Assembly (NCBI GenBank): GCA_017856375.1
Contig: JAFMFC010000001.1
Location: 27,455-91,454 of the forward strand
Source of the DNA: Ilumatobacteraceae bacterium
GTDB lineage: Bacteria > Actinomycetota > Acidimicrobiia > Acidimicrobiales > Ilumatobacteraceae
DNA length: 64,000 nt
Direction: 5' to 3'
The notes beneath the pieces were generated by a model. The model saw only the letters and a list, made by a program, of their open reading frames with translations, made no database searches and had not been told where the DNA came from. Shown piece by piece: positions 35,937 to 44,037 of this stretch. The number at the start of each line of letters is the position of its first letter. Position 1 is the first letter of the stretch. The position numbers and the translations under genes were made by a program.

Positions 35937-36974
35937 TTACCAGCGGGAAACCTCGGGAATGATGTGTTTGCTGATCATTTCCATACTGCGCAAGGCCACC
36001 TCCAACGGCGGGCCATAGAAATAGCGAAGGCGCAGGAGCACCTCGTCGGGATCAATCGTGCGCTTCCACTCCGCAAGGTTTTCCAACCACCTATCAACGG
36101 AGCCGATTAGGAAGCGATCAGGCGAGACCATGTCGAGTGTCATTTCGCTCGAAGAGGAGATGTTCGCTACCCACGGGTCGTATTTTTCCTCGTAGGTTCC
36201 ACCCCGGTCGAAATAGATCCTTGCGTATTCAAGGAGGTAGTCGCCCATCGTGTCAACCGCAGCTTGGTCAGTTACGCCAATTGCCGCCTCGCGCATCAAA
36301 ATGACCTTCGGTTTGCGACCAGACTTGGCGCACTCCTCGCGATAAAGCGATGCCAACTCGGCTTCAGCAGTCACCGTGCGGATCGGCCCCGTGTGCCATC
36401 CGTCGGAGAGCCAAGCTGCGCGCTTTACCCCAGGATTGCTCCAACCGCCTGCCAGAACTTCCAAAGGAATGTCGCCCATTGCGGGGTCACGAAGAGGAAC
36501 ATTTCCACTCCATGGTCCTTTCAATTCATATGGTTCATTTTTCAAAAACGCGTTGATGGCTTCGAGTCCGACCTGCATCCTCTTTCCGCGCTCACTCAAT
36601 GACACTCCGAAAGCGTCGAAGTCCTCTTTTGTGTATCCCGCACCTACGCCCAACATGAATCGACCTGGAAAGAGTGAGTTGACCATCACCGCATCTTGGA
36701 CAACGCGAACTGGATGATGGAGCGGAAGCAACGTGACGTGCGAGCCAAACTTGAGATTGGTGGTCCGCGATAATCCGTACATGCATGCCAGGTCAGGGTT
36801 GTACGTGACGGCCGTCTGACCGGAGGCTTTTCCTCGTCCGCGGCGTTCCCCCGTATAAGCGGCATAAAAACCCAAGTCATCAGCAACTTTGCATTCACGC
36901 TCGAAGGAGTCGAGGTCCCACACACGTTGACCATCGCGCATTCCAACGACGGACGCGACAAAACTGATCTTCAT
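35937..36974 (-). CDS. LLM-class flavin/F420-dependent oxidoreductase
   Basis: 345 aa with GFYAAYTGERR, GRFMLGVGAGY and a WSNPGVKRAAWLSDGW block. AGGAGGAG Shine-Dalgarno upstream. Confidence 0.85.
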   Translation of the reverse strand: MKISFVASVVGMRDGQRVWDLDSFERECKVADDLGFYAAYTGERRGRGKASGQTAVTYNPDLACMYGLSRTTNLKFGSHVTLLPLHHPVRVVQDAVMVNSLFPGRFMLGVGAGYTKEDFDAFGVSLSERGKRMQVGLEAINAFLKNEPYELKGPWSGNVPLRDPAMGDIPLEVLAGGWSNPGVKRAAWLSDGWHTGPIRTVTAEAELASLYREECAKSGRKPKVILMREAAIGVTDQAAVDTMGDYLLEYARIYFDRGGTYEEKYDPWVANISSSSEMTLDMVSPDRFLIGSVDRWLENLAEWKRTIDPDEVLLRLRYFYGPPLEVALRSMEMISKHIIPEVSRW

Positions 36975-37030
36975 TCTCCCACTCCTCCTACGGCTTTCCC
37001 GAAGAGTACGAGCGAGAACGCAAGAAACGC

Positions 37031-37062
37031 AAAAGGGGCGGGCCGATGGCCCGCCCCTTTTA
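37031..37062 (-). terminator. rho-independent terminator hairpin (bidirectional shape)
   Basis: AAAA-GGGGCGGGCC-GATG-GGCCCGCCCC-TTTT: a perfect 10-bp GC stem with a 4-nt loop, flanked by A and T tracts. It starts 16 nt downstream of the membrane-protein gene stop. Confidence 0.8.
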
Positions 37063-37077
37063 CTTTGGAGAAACCGC

Positions 37078-37845
37078 TCAGCCGAGCAATACCTCGGAGA
37101 GAATCCACATGATCAACCACAGGATGCCGCTCGTGATAATCGCATTCTTGTGGCTCTCGTAGATCCACAGCATCTTGTTGCCGGCCTTGATGCCACCGAA
37201 GATGCCGAGGGCGTTCAACTGCAACAACGCGGTGATTGCCATCGCGATGATGAAGAACGTCCAGGCGTTGGATGACGTGGCGTCAGCGAACGCGCCACTG
37301 TAGAAGTGCGCAGCACCGACCATGAACCACAGCATGGACACCGAAAAGATCATGTTCTGGCGTGAGGCAAGCATCGCACGACGACCAGCGGTTGCGGCGT
37401 TCGGATCTGCCTCGGCTCCACCAAGCACGTTGACCGCGTTGGCCAACACGACTCGCTGGTTCTTCCAGATGATCATCCAGACGTTGGCTGCCATCAGGGT
37501 GCCGAGCACCATGCCGACGCTGATCGCCACGTTGTGGCCGATCCCCGACGTGGATCCCTCACCCATGAAGTTCTGCCAGTAGTTCGTTTGACCCGTAATC
37601 AACAAGCCAGTGCCGAGCGTGGCGATGGCGGCCCAACGGAACCACCACAGTGCGCGACGCGCAATCTTGTCGAGCGTGATGTTGCGGGCCTTGCCCTCGT
37701 CGCCGTAGGCAGCGAGGCCTGGCACCTGCACCAGGTTGAAGTAGTAGAGCAGACCGATCCAAGCGATACCCACAAGAATGTGGAGCCACCTGAAACCGAA
37801 TCCGAGCAAAATGTCGCGGCTGGCGAACAATTCCATAACGGTCAT
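37078..37845 (-). CDS. integral membrane protein (multi-TM; possibly related to the N-terminal membrane domain of PuuD-type urate hydroxylases)
   Basis: 255 aa with several hydrophobic helices. WLHILVGIAWIGLLYYFNLVQ resembles the Urate_ox_N-type motif, recalled from memory only. Confidence 0.7.
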   Translation of the reverse strand: MTVMELFASRDILLGFGFRWLHILVGIAWIGLLYYFNLVQVPGLAAYGDEGKARNITLDKIARRALWWFRWAAIATLGTGLLITGQTNYWQNFMGEGSTSGIGHNVAISVGMVLGTLMAANVWMIIWKNQRVVLANAVNVLGGAEADPNAATAGRRAMLASRQNMIFSVSMLWFMVGAAHFYSGAFADATSSNAWTFFIIAMAITALLQLNALGIFGGIKAGNKMLWIYESHKNAIITSGILWLIMWILSEVLLG

Positions 37846-37863
37846 CCCCTTTGGACTGAGTGG

Positions 37864-37959
37864 TACGCGCCGATGGGCGCGTCAAACCCAAATTACCAGT
37901 GCTTCAGGTAATAACCGGGGTATTCGGAGCCCGCTGCGACGCGACCTGCGTTGGGTTTG
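37864..37959 (+). promoter_or_regulatory. possible structured 5' leader of ettA
   Basis: Hairpin ACGCGCC(37865-71)/GGCGCGT(37876-82). A 9-bp long-range helix CAAACCCAA(37883-91)/TTGGGTTTG(37951-59) encloses a hairpin ATTACC(37892-97)/GGTAAT(37907-12). Confidence 0.3.
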
Positions 37960-37982
37960 CCAGCACTAGGTTGGAAGACCGC

Positions 37983-39662
37983 ATGGCTGCCGAATTCATC
38001 TATACGTGTTACAAACTCGCGCGCTTCTATCCCCCCGATCGCACCGTGCTCGAGGACATCTCGTTGTCCTTCTATCCGGGCGCCAAGATCGGCGTGATCG
38101 GCTCGAACGGCAGCGGTAAGTCAAGCCTTCTGCGAATCATGGCGGGCAAGGACGACGGCTTCACCGGTGAAGCACGACTCACGCCAGGATTCACGGTCGG
38201 CCTTCTCGAACAAGAGCCACAACTCGACTCTTCCAAAGACGTCCTCGGCAACGTGATGGATGGAGTTGCGCCGATTCGTGACCTGCTTGCTCGCTATGAA
38301 GAGGTCACGGCAATGTGGGGCGACCCCGATGCGGACTTCGACAAAGTTGGTGCTCTACAAGCTGACCTCGAAGCAAAGATCCAAGCAGCAGATGCATGGA
38401 GTTTGGAACGCAACGTAGAAATTGCAATGGACGCATTGCGGTGCCCGCCCAACGATTCAGACGTGACGAAACTCTCCGGTGGCGAGCGGCGTCGCGTTGC
38501 ACTGTGCCGACTACTGCTCTCGAGGCCCGACCTCCTGCTGTTGGATGAGCCCACGAACCATCTCGACGCGGAGAGTGTCGACTGGTTGGAGCGATTCCTG
38601 CAGGAATACCCCGGCACCGTGGTCGCGATCACCCACGACCGGTACTTCCTGGACAATGCAGCGAAATGGATCCTGGAGCTCGACCGCGGACGTGGCATCC
38701 CCTTCGAGGGCAATTACTCGAGCTGGTTGGAACAGAAGCAGGAGCGGCTCGGTCGCGAAGAGAAGGCGAACGATGCACGCAAGCGGGCACTGCAGCGCGA
38801 ACTCGAATGGGTGCGAATGGCGCCGAAGGCGCGCCAGTCGAAAGGCAAGGCTCGTCTCGCCGCGTACGAGAAGTTGCATGCAGAAGCACAGGCGGCAGAG
38901 CGAGGCCCCGACAAGTTGGAGATCGCAATTCCTGCTGGTCAGCGACTCGGCGATCAAGTCATCGAAGTGCAGCACTTGTCGAAGGGCTACGGCGATCGGC
39001 TGCTGATCGAAGATCTCTCGTTTTCCCTCCCGCCTGCTGGCATCGTCGGAATCATCGGTCCGAACGGCGCAGGTAAGACGACGTTGTTCCGAATGCTGAC
39101 CGGTCAGGAAAAGCCCGATTCGGGTTCGATCACGGTCGGCGACACCGTGCAAATGAGTTACGTCGATCAAAGCCGCGACACGCTGAACGACGACTCGACG
39201 GTCTATGAAGAGATTACGGGCGGCGCAGACACGATCAAAGTGGGTGGCCGCGAGATTCACGGCCGGGCCTACGTGGCCAGCTTTAACTTCAAGGGCAGCG
39301 ATCAGCAGAAGCGCGTCGGCGACCTCTCTGGAGGTGAACGAAACCGCGTGCACCTCGCAAAACTGTTGAAGAATGCCGGGAACGTGCTGCTTCTGGACGA
39401 GCCCACCAACGATCTCGACGTGGACACCTTGCGTGCCCTCGAAACCGGCCTCGAGTCGTTTCCTGGATGCGCCGTGGTGATCAGCCACGATCGTTGGTTC
39501 CTCGACCGAATCGCCACCCACGTACTCGCCTTCGAAGGTGACAGCCAGGTGCGCTGGTTCGAGGGCAACTTCACTGACTACGAGGCATGGCGCAAGAAGG
39601 AACTCGGCGTGGCCGCGGAACAACCCCGTCGAATCAAGTACAAACCCCTGTCCAGGAACTAA
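37983..39662 (+). CDS. ettA: ABC-F ATPase, energy-dependent translational throttle protein EttA
   Basis: ORF 37860..39662. The conserved N-terminus MAAEFIYTCYKLARFYPPDRTVLEDISLSFYPGAKIGVIGSNGSGKSS starts at ATG 37983 (559 aa). Two ABC cassettes are present (LSGGERRRVAL, LSGGERNRVHL). Confidence 0.93.
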   Translation: MAAEFIYTCYKLARFYPPDRTVLEDISLSFYPGAKIGVIGSNGSGKSSLLRIMAGKDDGFTGEARLTPGFTVGLLEQEPQLDSSKDVLGNVMDGVAPIRDLLARYEEVTAMWGDPDADFDKVGALQADLEAKIQAADAWSLERNVEIAMDALRCPPNDSDVTKLSGGERRRVALCRLLLSRPDLLLLDEPTNHLDAESVDWLERFLQEYPGTVVAITHDRYFLDNAAKWILELDRGRGIPFEGNYSSWLEQKQERLGREEKANDARKRALQRELEWVRMAPKARQSKGKARLAAYEKLHAEAQAAERGPDKLEIAIPAGQRLGDQVIEVQHLSKGYGDRLLIEDLSFSLPPAGIVGIIGPNGAGKTTLFRMLTGQEKPDSGSITVGDTVQMSYVDQSRDTLNDDSTVYEEITGGADTIKVGGREIHGRAYVASFNFKGSDQQKRVGDLSGGERNRVHLAKLLKNAGNVLLLDEPTNDLDVDTLRALETGLESFPGCAVVISHDRWFLDRIATHVLAFEGDSQVRWFEGNFTDYEAWRKKELGVAAEQPRRIKYKPLSRN

Positions 39663-39680
39663 CCCGACGAGGAACAACCG

Positions 39681-39992
39681 ATGTCTCTACGAGTAATCCG
39701 AATCGTGTGCATCGCGATATTCGTTGCCGGAATCGCCGGGATGATCGTCACGTCGATCAATGGCAACAACGTCGGACTCGTCACCACTATCGGGCTCTCC
39801 ACCGCTATCTCGGCGTTGATTCTGATGACTGCGTCGACGGTGGCCAACAAGCGTCGCCTCGACGTTTTCGACGATGCCAGGGCCGAGAGAATCGAACGGC
39901 GGATCGCCGAATTGCGCGCAACCGGTGCAGACGAAACCGAATTGCGCGCGTTGGTTCGTGATTCGATCGATCTTGGCCGCAGCGTCTCGTGA
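39681..39992 (+). CDS. small membrane protein (2 TM helices plus a charged C-terminal helix), hypothetical
   Basis: 103 aa: MSLRVIRIVCIAIFVAGIAGMIVTSING...LSTAISALILMTA followed by an Arg/Glu-rich tail. 4-nt overlap with the next gene. Confidence 0.6.
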   Translation: MSLRVIRIVCIAIFVAGIAGMIVTSINGNNVGLVTTIGLSTAISALILMTASTVANKRRLDVFDDARAERIERRIAELRATGADETELRALVRDSIDLGRSVS

Positions 39993-40756
39993 ACGACGCC
40001 GAACTCGCACGTCATCTCGCGATCGAAACTGGCAAACGACTTCTCGAAGTTCGCCGTCGCCTCTACAACGATGGTGCCTCGGAATGGTTCGCGAAGGACG
40101 TGGGCGATGCTGCGGCACAACGGTTCATCGACGAGACACTTGCCGAACACCGACCTGACGACGCGATGTTGTCAGAAGAAGCACTTGACGACCCTCGGCG
40201 CGCCAGTGCCGATCGGGTGTGGATCATCGATCCGCTCGATGGCACACAGGAATACAGCGAGTTCGATCGTGTCGACTGGGCCGTGCACATCGCTCTGTGG
40301 GAGCGAAACGAAACGGGAGGCCAATTGACGGCGGCGGCCGTGAGTCTCCCCGCACTTGAGTTGACGCTGACAATGGATCCTCCACCGTTGCGTCCACCGA
40401 CTTATGACGGCCGCCCACGTCTCGTCGTCTCGCGCAGCAGAGCCTCGCTCGAAGTGATTCGTGTCGCTGAGCAACTCGACTGTGAAATCATCCGCATGGG
40501 TTCGGCCGGTGCAAAAGCGATGGCCGTCGTGCTCGGTGAGGCAGACATTTACGTTCACTCAGGCGGACAACACCAGTGGGATTCGGCTGCACCAGTTGGC
40601 GTAGCCCATGCTGCTGGCCTGCACACGAGCCGAATCAACGGCTCAGAACTCATCTACAACCAACGGGACTCGTGGCTACCCGACCTGATTATCTGCCGCC
40701 AACATCTCGCTCGACCAGTCCTCGAGGCTCTCGGTCACGGCACAATTGAGGCGTGA
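39989..40756 (+). CDS. inositol monophosphatase family / 3'(2'),5'-bisphosphate nucleotidase (CysQ-like)
   Basis: 255 aa with MLSEE, WIIDPLDGTQEY and QWDSAAP motifs. Confidence 0.85.
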   Translation: MNDAELARHLAIETGKRLLEVRRRLYNDGASEWFAKDVGDAAAQRFIDETLAEHRPDDAMLSEEALDDPRRASADRVWIIDPLDGTQEYSEFDRVDWAVHIALWERNETGGQLTAAAVSLPALELTLTMDPPPLRPPTYDGRPRLVVSRSRASLEVIRVAEQLDCEIIRMGSAGAKAMAVVLGEADIYVHSGGQHQWDSAAPVGVAHAAGLHTSRINGSELIYNQRDSWLPDLIICRQHLARPVLEALGHGTIEA

Positions 40757-42372
40757 ACCCCCCTTCACCTTCTTCGACCCACGCCTCCCCGCAGGATTGC
40801 GAATGGGCTGCGTTCGACGCACATGGTCAATGGGTCTTGGTCGAGGACGAAATCAGTTGGCTCAAGACCGCCCCTGCACTTCGCGACGATGCGCGCCGCG
40901 AAGTCCCCGTGCTCACCAAAGCATCGAAAACACCGCCGATTACGCGACTCTTCGAAGTGGTGTGGGTGCTCGGGCGAGCGATTCTCCCCTGGTGGTTGAA
41001 GAAGCGAACGCGGCGATTCAGCGACTCGAGCGAATCCCGCGCATATCTCTCACTCAGAATGCGCAAGGCGATCGAGCGCCTCGGCTCCACGTACATCAAG
41101 CTGGCACAGATCATCTCGAGCGGTGAGGGCCTCTTCCCTGCCGAGTTGGTGGACGAATTCAAAAAGTGTCGGGATCAGGTGCCGCCGATCCCCTTCGACG
41201 AAGTTCGCCGCGTGATTGAGGAAGAGACTGGCGCTTCGCTCGAGCACACCTTCGCCACCTTCGATCGCACTCCTCTTGCAGCAGCATCCATTGCCCAGGT
41301 GCACGTGGCGACGTTGCGAACCGGCGAGGAAGTCGTCGTGAAGGTGCAACGGCCAGTCGTGTCGAAACTGGTGCGCAAAGACCTTCGCGTGATGGCCTGG
41401 CTTGCTCCTCACCTGGTCGGCCGCATCAAAGTCTCGGCACTGGCCAATCCCCCTGCACTCGTCGAACTGTTTGCAGAGACGATCGTCGAGGAACTCGACT
41501 TCCGGATCGAAGCAAGCAACATGTTGGACGTTGCCAAAGTGCTGAAGGAGCTGAAGCAGGACGGCTACGTGATCCCACGACCGCATCCCACGCTCGTCAC
41601 CCGGCGCATTCTCGTGATGCAGCGCCTGCACGGATTCAAGTTCGACGACGTGGCGGGAATGAAGGAAGCCGGCATCGACACCGAAGCGGTGATCCGCACG
41701 GGAATGATCGCGTTCATGGAGGGGGCGATGATCTACGGCGTTTTCCACGGCGACCTGCACGGAGGCAATCTGTTCGTGCAAGAGGACGGCCGAACAGCAC
41801 TGCTCGACTTCGGCATTGTTGGTCGGCTCACCGGGGCCCGCCGCATGGCCTTCCTGCGATTGATGCTGAACGCCACCACCAACAATGTGACCGGTCAGGT
41901 GGAAGCGCTTCGCGACCTTGGAGCTTTGCCCATGGACACCGACATCGAGGCAGTGATCAAGGATCTCAATCTCGGTGCACCAGTAATCGATCCCACCACG
42001 CTCTCTGGCGAGGAACTCGTGCAAGAAGTTCAACGTGTGGTCAAAGCCATGCTCGGCTATGGCGCAAGGTTGCCCAAGGAACTCATGCTGTACGTGAAGA
42101 ACATGGTGTTCCTCGATGGTGCGATCGCCCGCCTTGCCCCCGACCTTGACCTGCTTGCGGAGATCGCCAACATCTCGATGCTCTTCGCCGAAAGACATGG
42201 CGAGCGACTCGGACGAGAACTGGGAATCGACCACACTGCGGTCGAAATCAACCTCGACAGTGTGAAGGCTGGCTTCGGCGTAGATGCGAGCACGAACTCG
42301 ATGACATATCGCGACCTCCAGAAGCGTCGGGAACTCATCCAGAAGCGCATGCGCGAACACGTCGGCCGTTGA
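40753..42372 (+). CDS. ABC1/UbiB (AarF) atypical kinase family protein
   Basis: 539 aa with YIKLAQIISS, PLAAASIAQVH, VVKVQRP and FHGDLHGGN motifs. Confidence 0.9.
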   Translation: MNPPSPSSTHASPQDCEWAAFDAHGQWVLVEDEISWLKTAPALRDDARREVPVLTKASKTPPITRLFEVVWVLGRAILPWWLKKRTRRFSDSSESRAYLSLRMRKAIERLGSTYIKLAQIISSGEGLFPAELVDEFKKCRDQVPPIPFDEVRRVIEEETGASLEHTFATFDRTPLAAASIAQVHVATLRTGEEVVVKVQRPVVSKLVRKDLRVMAWLAPHLVGRIKVSALANPPALVELFAETIVEELDFRIEASNMLDVAKVLKELKQDGYVIPRPHPTLVTRRILVMQRLHGFKFDDVAGMKEAGIDTEAVIRTGMIAFMEGAMIYGVFHGDLHGGNLFVQEDGRTALLDFGIVGRLTGARRMAFLRLMLNATTNNVTGQVEALRDLGALPMDTDIEAVIKDLNLGAPVIDPTTLSGEELVQEVQRVVKAMLGYGARLPKELMLYVKNMVFLDGAIARLAPDLDLLAEIANISMLFAERHGERLGRELGIDHTAVEINLDSVKAGFGVDASTNSMTYRDLQKRRELIQKRMREHVGR

Positions 42373-42408
42373 TCTAACTTTCTTCCCGATGTTCAAAGGT
42401 TTACGGGG

Positions 42409-43068
42409 ATGAGACTCGTCGTTGCTCGATGCAGCGTGGAGTACGCGGGGCGACTGAATGCCGCGCTACCCGAAGCAACGCGTTTGATCATGGTGAAACA
42501 AGATGGCTGCGTGGCTATCCATGCCGACGGTGGCGCCTATAAGCCACTGAACTGGATGAACTCGCCCAACACGCTGCACGAACATGATGACCGCTGGGTG
42601 ATCAGCAACCCAAAAGGCGAATCGTTGACCATCTTCCTGCACGAGGTGTTCAGCGATTCGTCACACGACCTCGGAGTCGACCCGGGACTGACGAAAGACG
42701 GAGTCGAATCACACCTGCAGGAGTTGCTCGCCAGCGCGCCTCACGTGATCGAGGAAGGCCTCACCTTGATTCGTCGCGAGTTCCCCACCGCCGTGGGACC
42801 GGTTGATTTGCTGTGCCGGGCAGCTGATGGGCAAACGGTTGCAGTTGAAGTGAAACGGCGTGGCGAAATCGACGGAGTCGAGCAGCTCACGCGCTACATC
42901 GAATGTCTGCGCGCCGACAGTTCGCTCGGCGATATCCGGGGCATCTTCGTTGCTCAGTCGATCAAGCCACAAGCGCGCGTTCTCGCCGAAAGCAGAGGAA
43001 TGAATTGGCGCGAAGTGGATTACGAGGAACTGAAGGGCACCAAGCCCGACGACCTCACGCTGTTCTAG
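42409..43068 (+). CDS. nucS: endonuclease NucS (EndoMS mismatch endonuclease)
   Basis: 219 aa: [50 protein letters not shown]... with C-terminal [20 protein letters not shown] (PD-(D/E)XK). Confidence 0.93.
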   Translation: MRLVVARCSVEYAGRLNAALPEATRLIMVKQDGCVAIHADGGAYKPLNWMNSPNTLHEHDDRWVISNPKGESLTIFLHEVFSDSSHDLGVDPGLTKDGVESHLQELLASAPHVIEEGLTLIRREFPTAVGPVDLLCRAADGQTVAVEVKRRGEIDGVEQLTRYIECLRADSSLGDIRGIFVAQSIKPQARVLAESRGMNWREVDYEELKGTKPDDLTLF

Positions 43069-43070
43069 CG

Positions 43071-43130
43071 ATCAATCTTTCGACGATCAATCCTTGGGCT
43101 ATCAATCCTTCGACAATCAATCCTTTGGCC
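43071..43130. repeat. 4 x 15-bp-period tandem repeat with core ATCAATCCTT
   Basis: Core copies start at 43071 (ATCAATCTTT), 43086, 43101 and 43116 (each ATCAATCCTT). The array fills the 48-nt convergent gap after nucS and overlaps the last codons of the SDR at 43117. Confidence 0.85.
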
Positions 43131-44037
43131 AGGGCCACGACCCGTCGCGGCCGTCCATGCCCGCGTTTTTGCGGGCTTTGCCCAGCATTTCTTCGACGAT
43201 CGGTCCGAGACGCGTGGGATCTTCTACCGGATCGTGCATCGGTCCACGGTGCCAACCCTCGGCAACGGCAAGCACTTGTCCGCTGGCTTCGAACACGCGC
43301 GCAGTGACGCCCTTCGACTCCGTGCTGGCCAACCACGTCACGATCGGTGCAATCCATTTCGGTGATCGTGACTCACGCTCCTCTTCGGTCTCTGGCGCTG
43401 GACCGAGGCCTTCAGTCATGCGCGTCAGCGCAACGGGGGCAACCGCATTCACCGTGACGCCGTAACGGCCAAGTTCAAGCGCAGCGATCGTGGTGAAAGC
43501 GGCGATACCCGCCTTTGCCGCTCCGTAGTTCGTCTGACCAACGTTGCCGTAGATGCCCGAAACGGACGACGTATTGATGATTCGAGCGTCCACCTCGTGA
43601 CCGGCTTTGCTTCGCTCCTTCCAGTAGGCGGCCGCAAAACGCGATGGGGCGAAGGTGCCCTTCAGGTGCACGCGGATGACCGCATCCCACTCTTCTTCGG
43701 ACATGTTGACGAGCATGCGGTCGCGCAGGATTCCCGCATTGTTCACCACGACATGGAGATCACCGAACGTTTCGATTGCGGTATTGATCAGACGCTCAGC
43801 GCCTTCCCACGAGGAGATGTCGTCGCCATTGGCGATGGCCTTGCCGCCCATCGCCTCGATCTCGTCAACCACTTGCTGTGCGGGACTGGTGTCGCCACCC
43901 TTTCCGTCCACTGCAGCGCCGACATCGTTCACCACCACATGAGCGCCGTGTCGAGCGAGGCTGAGAGCGTGCTCCCTGCCAATTCCACGACCTGATCCGG
44001 TTACTACTGCCACACGTCCTTCACATAGGCGAGCCAT
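43117..44037 (-). CDS. SDR, MFE-2-type hydroxyacyl-CoA dehydrogenase-like
   Basis: ORF 43117..44046; the likely start is MARLCEGRVAVVTGSGRGIGREHAL. NNAGIL and S...YGAAKAG present. Paralogue of 6235..7140. Confidence 0.88.
   Translation of the reverse strand: MARLCEGRVAVVTGSGRGIGREHALSLARHGAHVVVNDVGAAVDGKGGDTSPAQQVVDEIEAMGGKAIANGDDISSWEGAERLINTAIETFGDLHVVVNNAGILRDRMLVNMSEEEWDAVIRVHLKGTFAPSRFAAAYWKERSKAGHEVDARIINTSSVSGIYGNVGQTNYGAAKAGIAAFTTIAALELGRYGVTVNAVAPVALTRMTEGLGPAPETEEERESRSPKWIAPIVTWLASTESKGVTARVFEASGQVLAVAEGWHRGPMHDPVEDPTRLGPIVEEMLGKARKNAGMDGRDGSWPWPKD

Noticed and set aside
37860-37982. A 41-codon extension of the EttA ORF from 37860, and the analogous long extension of the nitroreductase ORF from 10254.
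   Set aside because: The conserved N-termini (MAAEFIY...; ...MEILSSTRSIRHYE) begin at the internal starts. The extensions overlap upstream genes or structured non-coding DNA.
38511-39677. A 388-aa minus-strand ORF covering most of ettA.
   Set aside because: It is antisense to a gene with unmistakable EttA homology (two ABC cassettes). Its product is Arg/Ala/Val/Leu-rich with no recognisable motif. This is a typical high-GC shadow ORF.
41050-42396. A 448-aa minus-strand ORF antisense to the ABC1 kinase gene.
   Set aside because: Same reasoning: the plus-strand product carries the AASIAQVH/HGDLHGGN kinase motifs, and the antisense product has no family resemblance.
43071-43130. Possibility that the phased repeats are a mini-CRISPR array.
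   Set aside because: The units have a 15-bp period with no spacers, there are only four copies, and there are no cas genes apart from an unrelated Cas4-like housekeeping-type nuclease 8 kb away.
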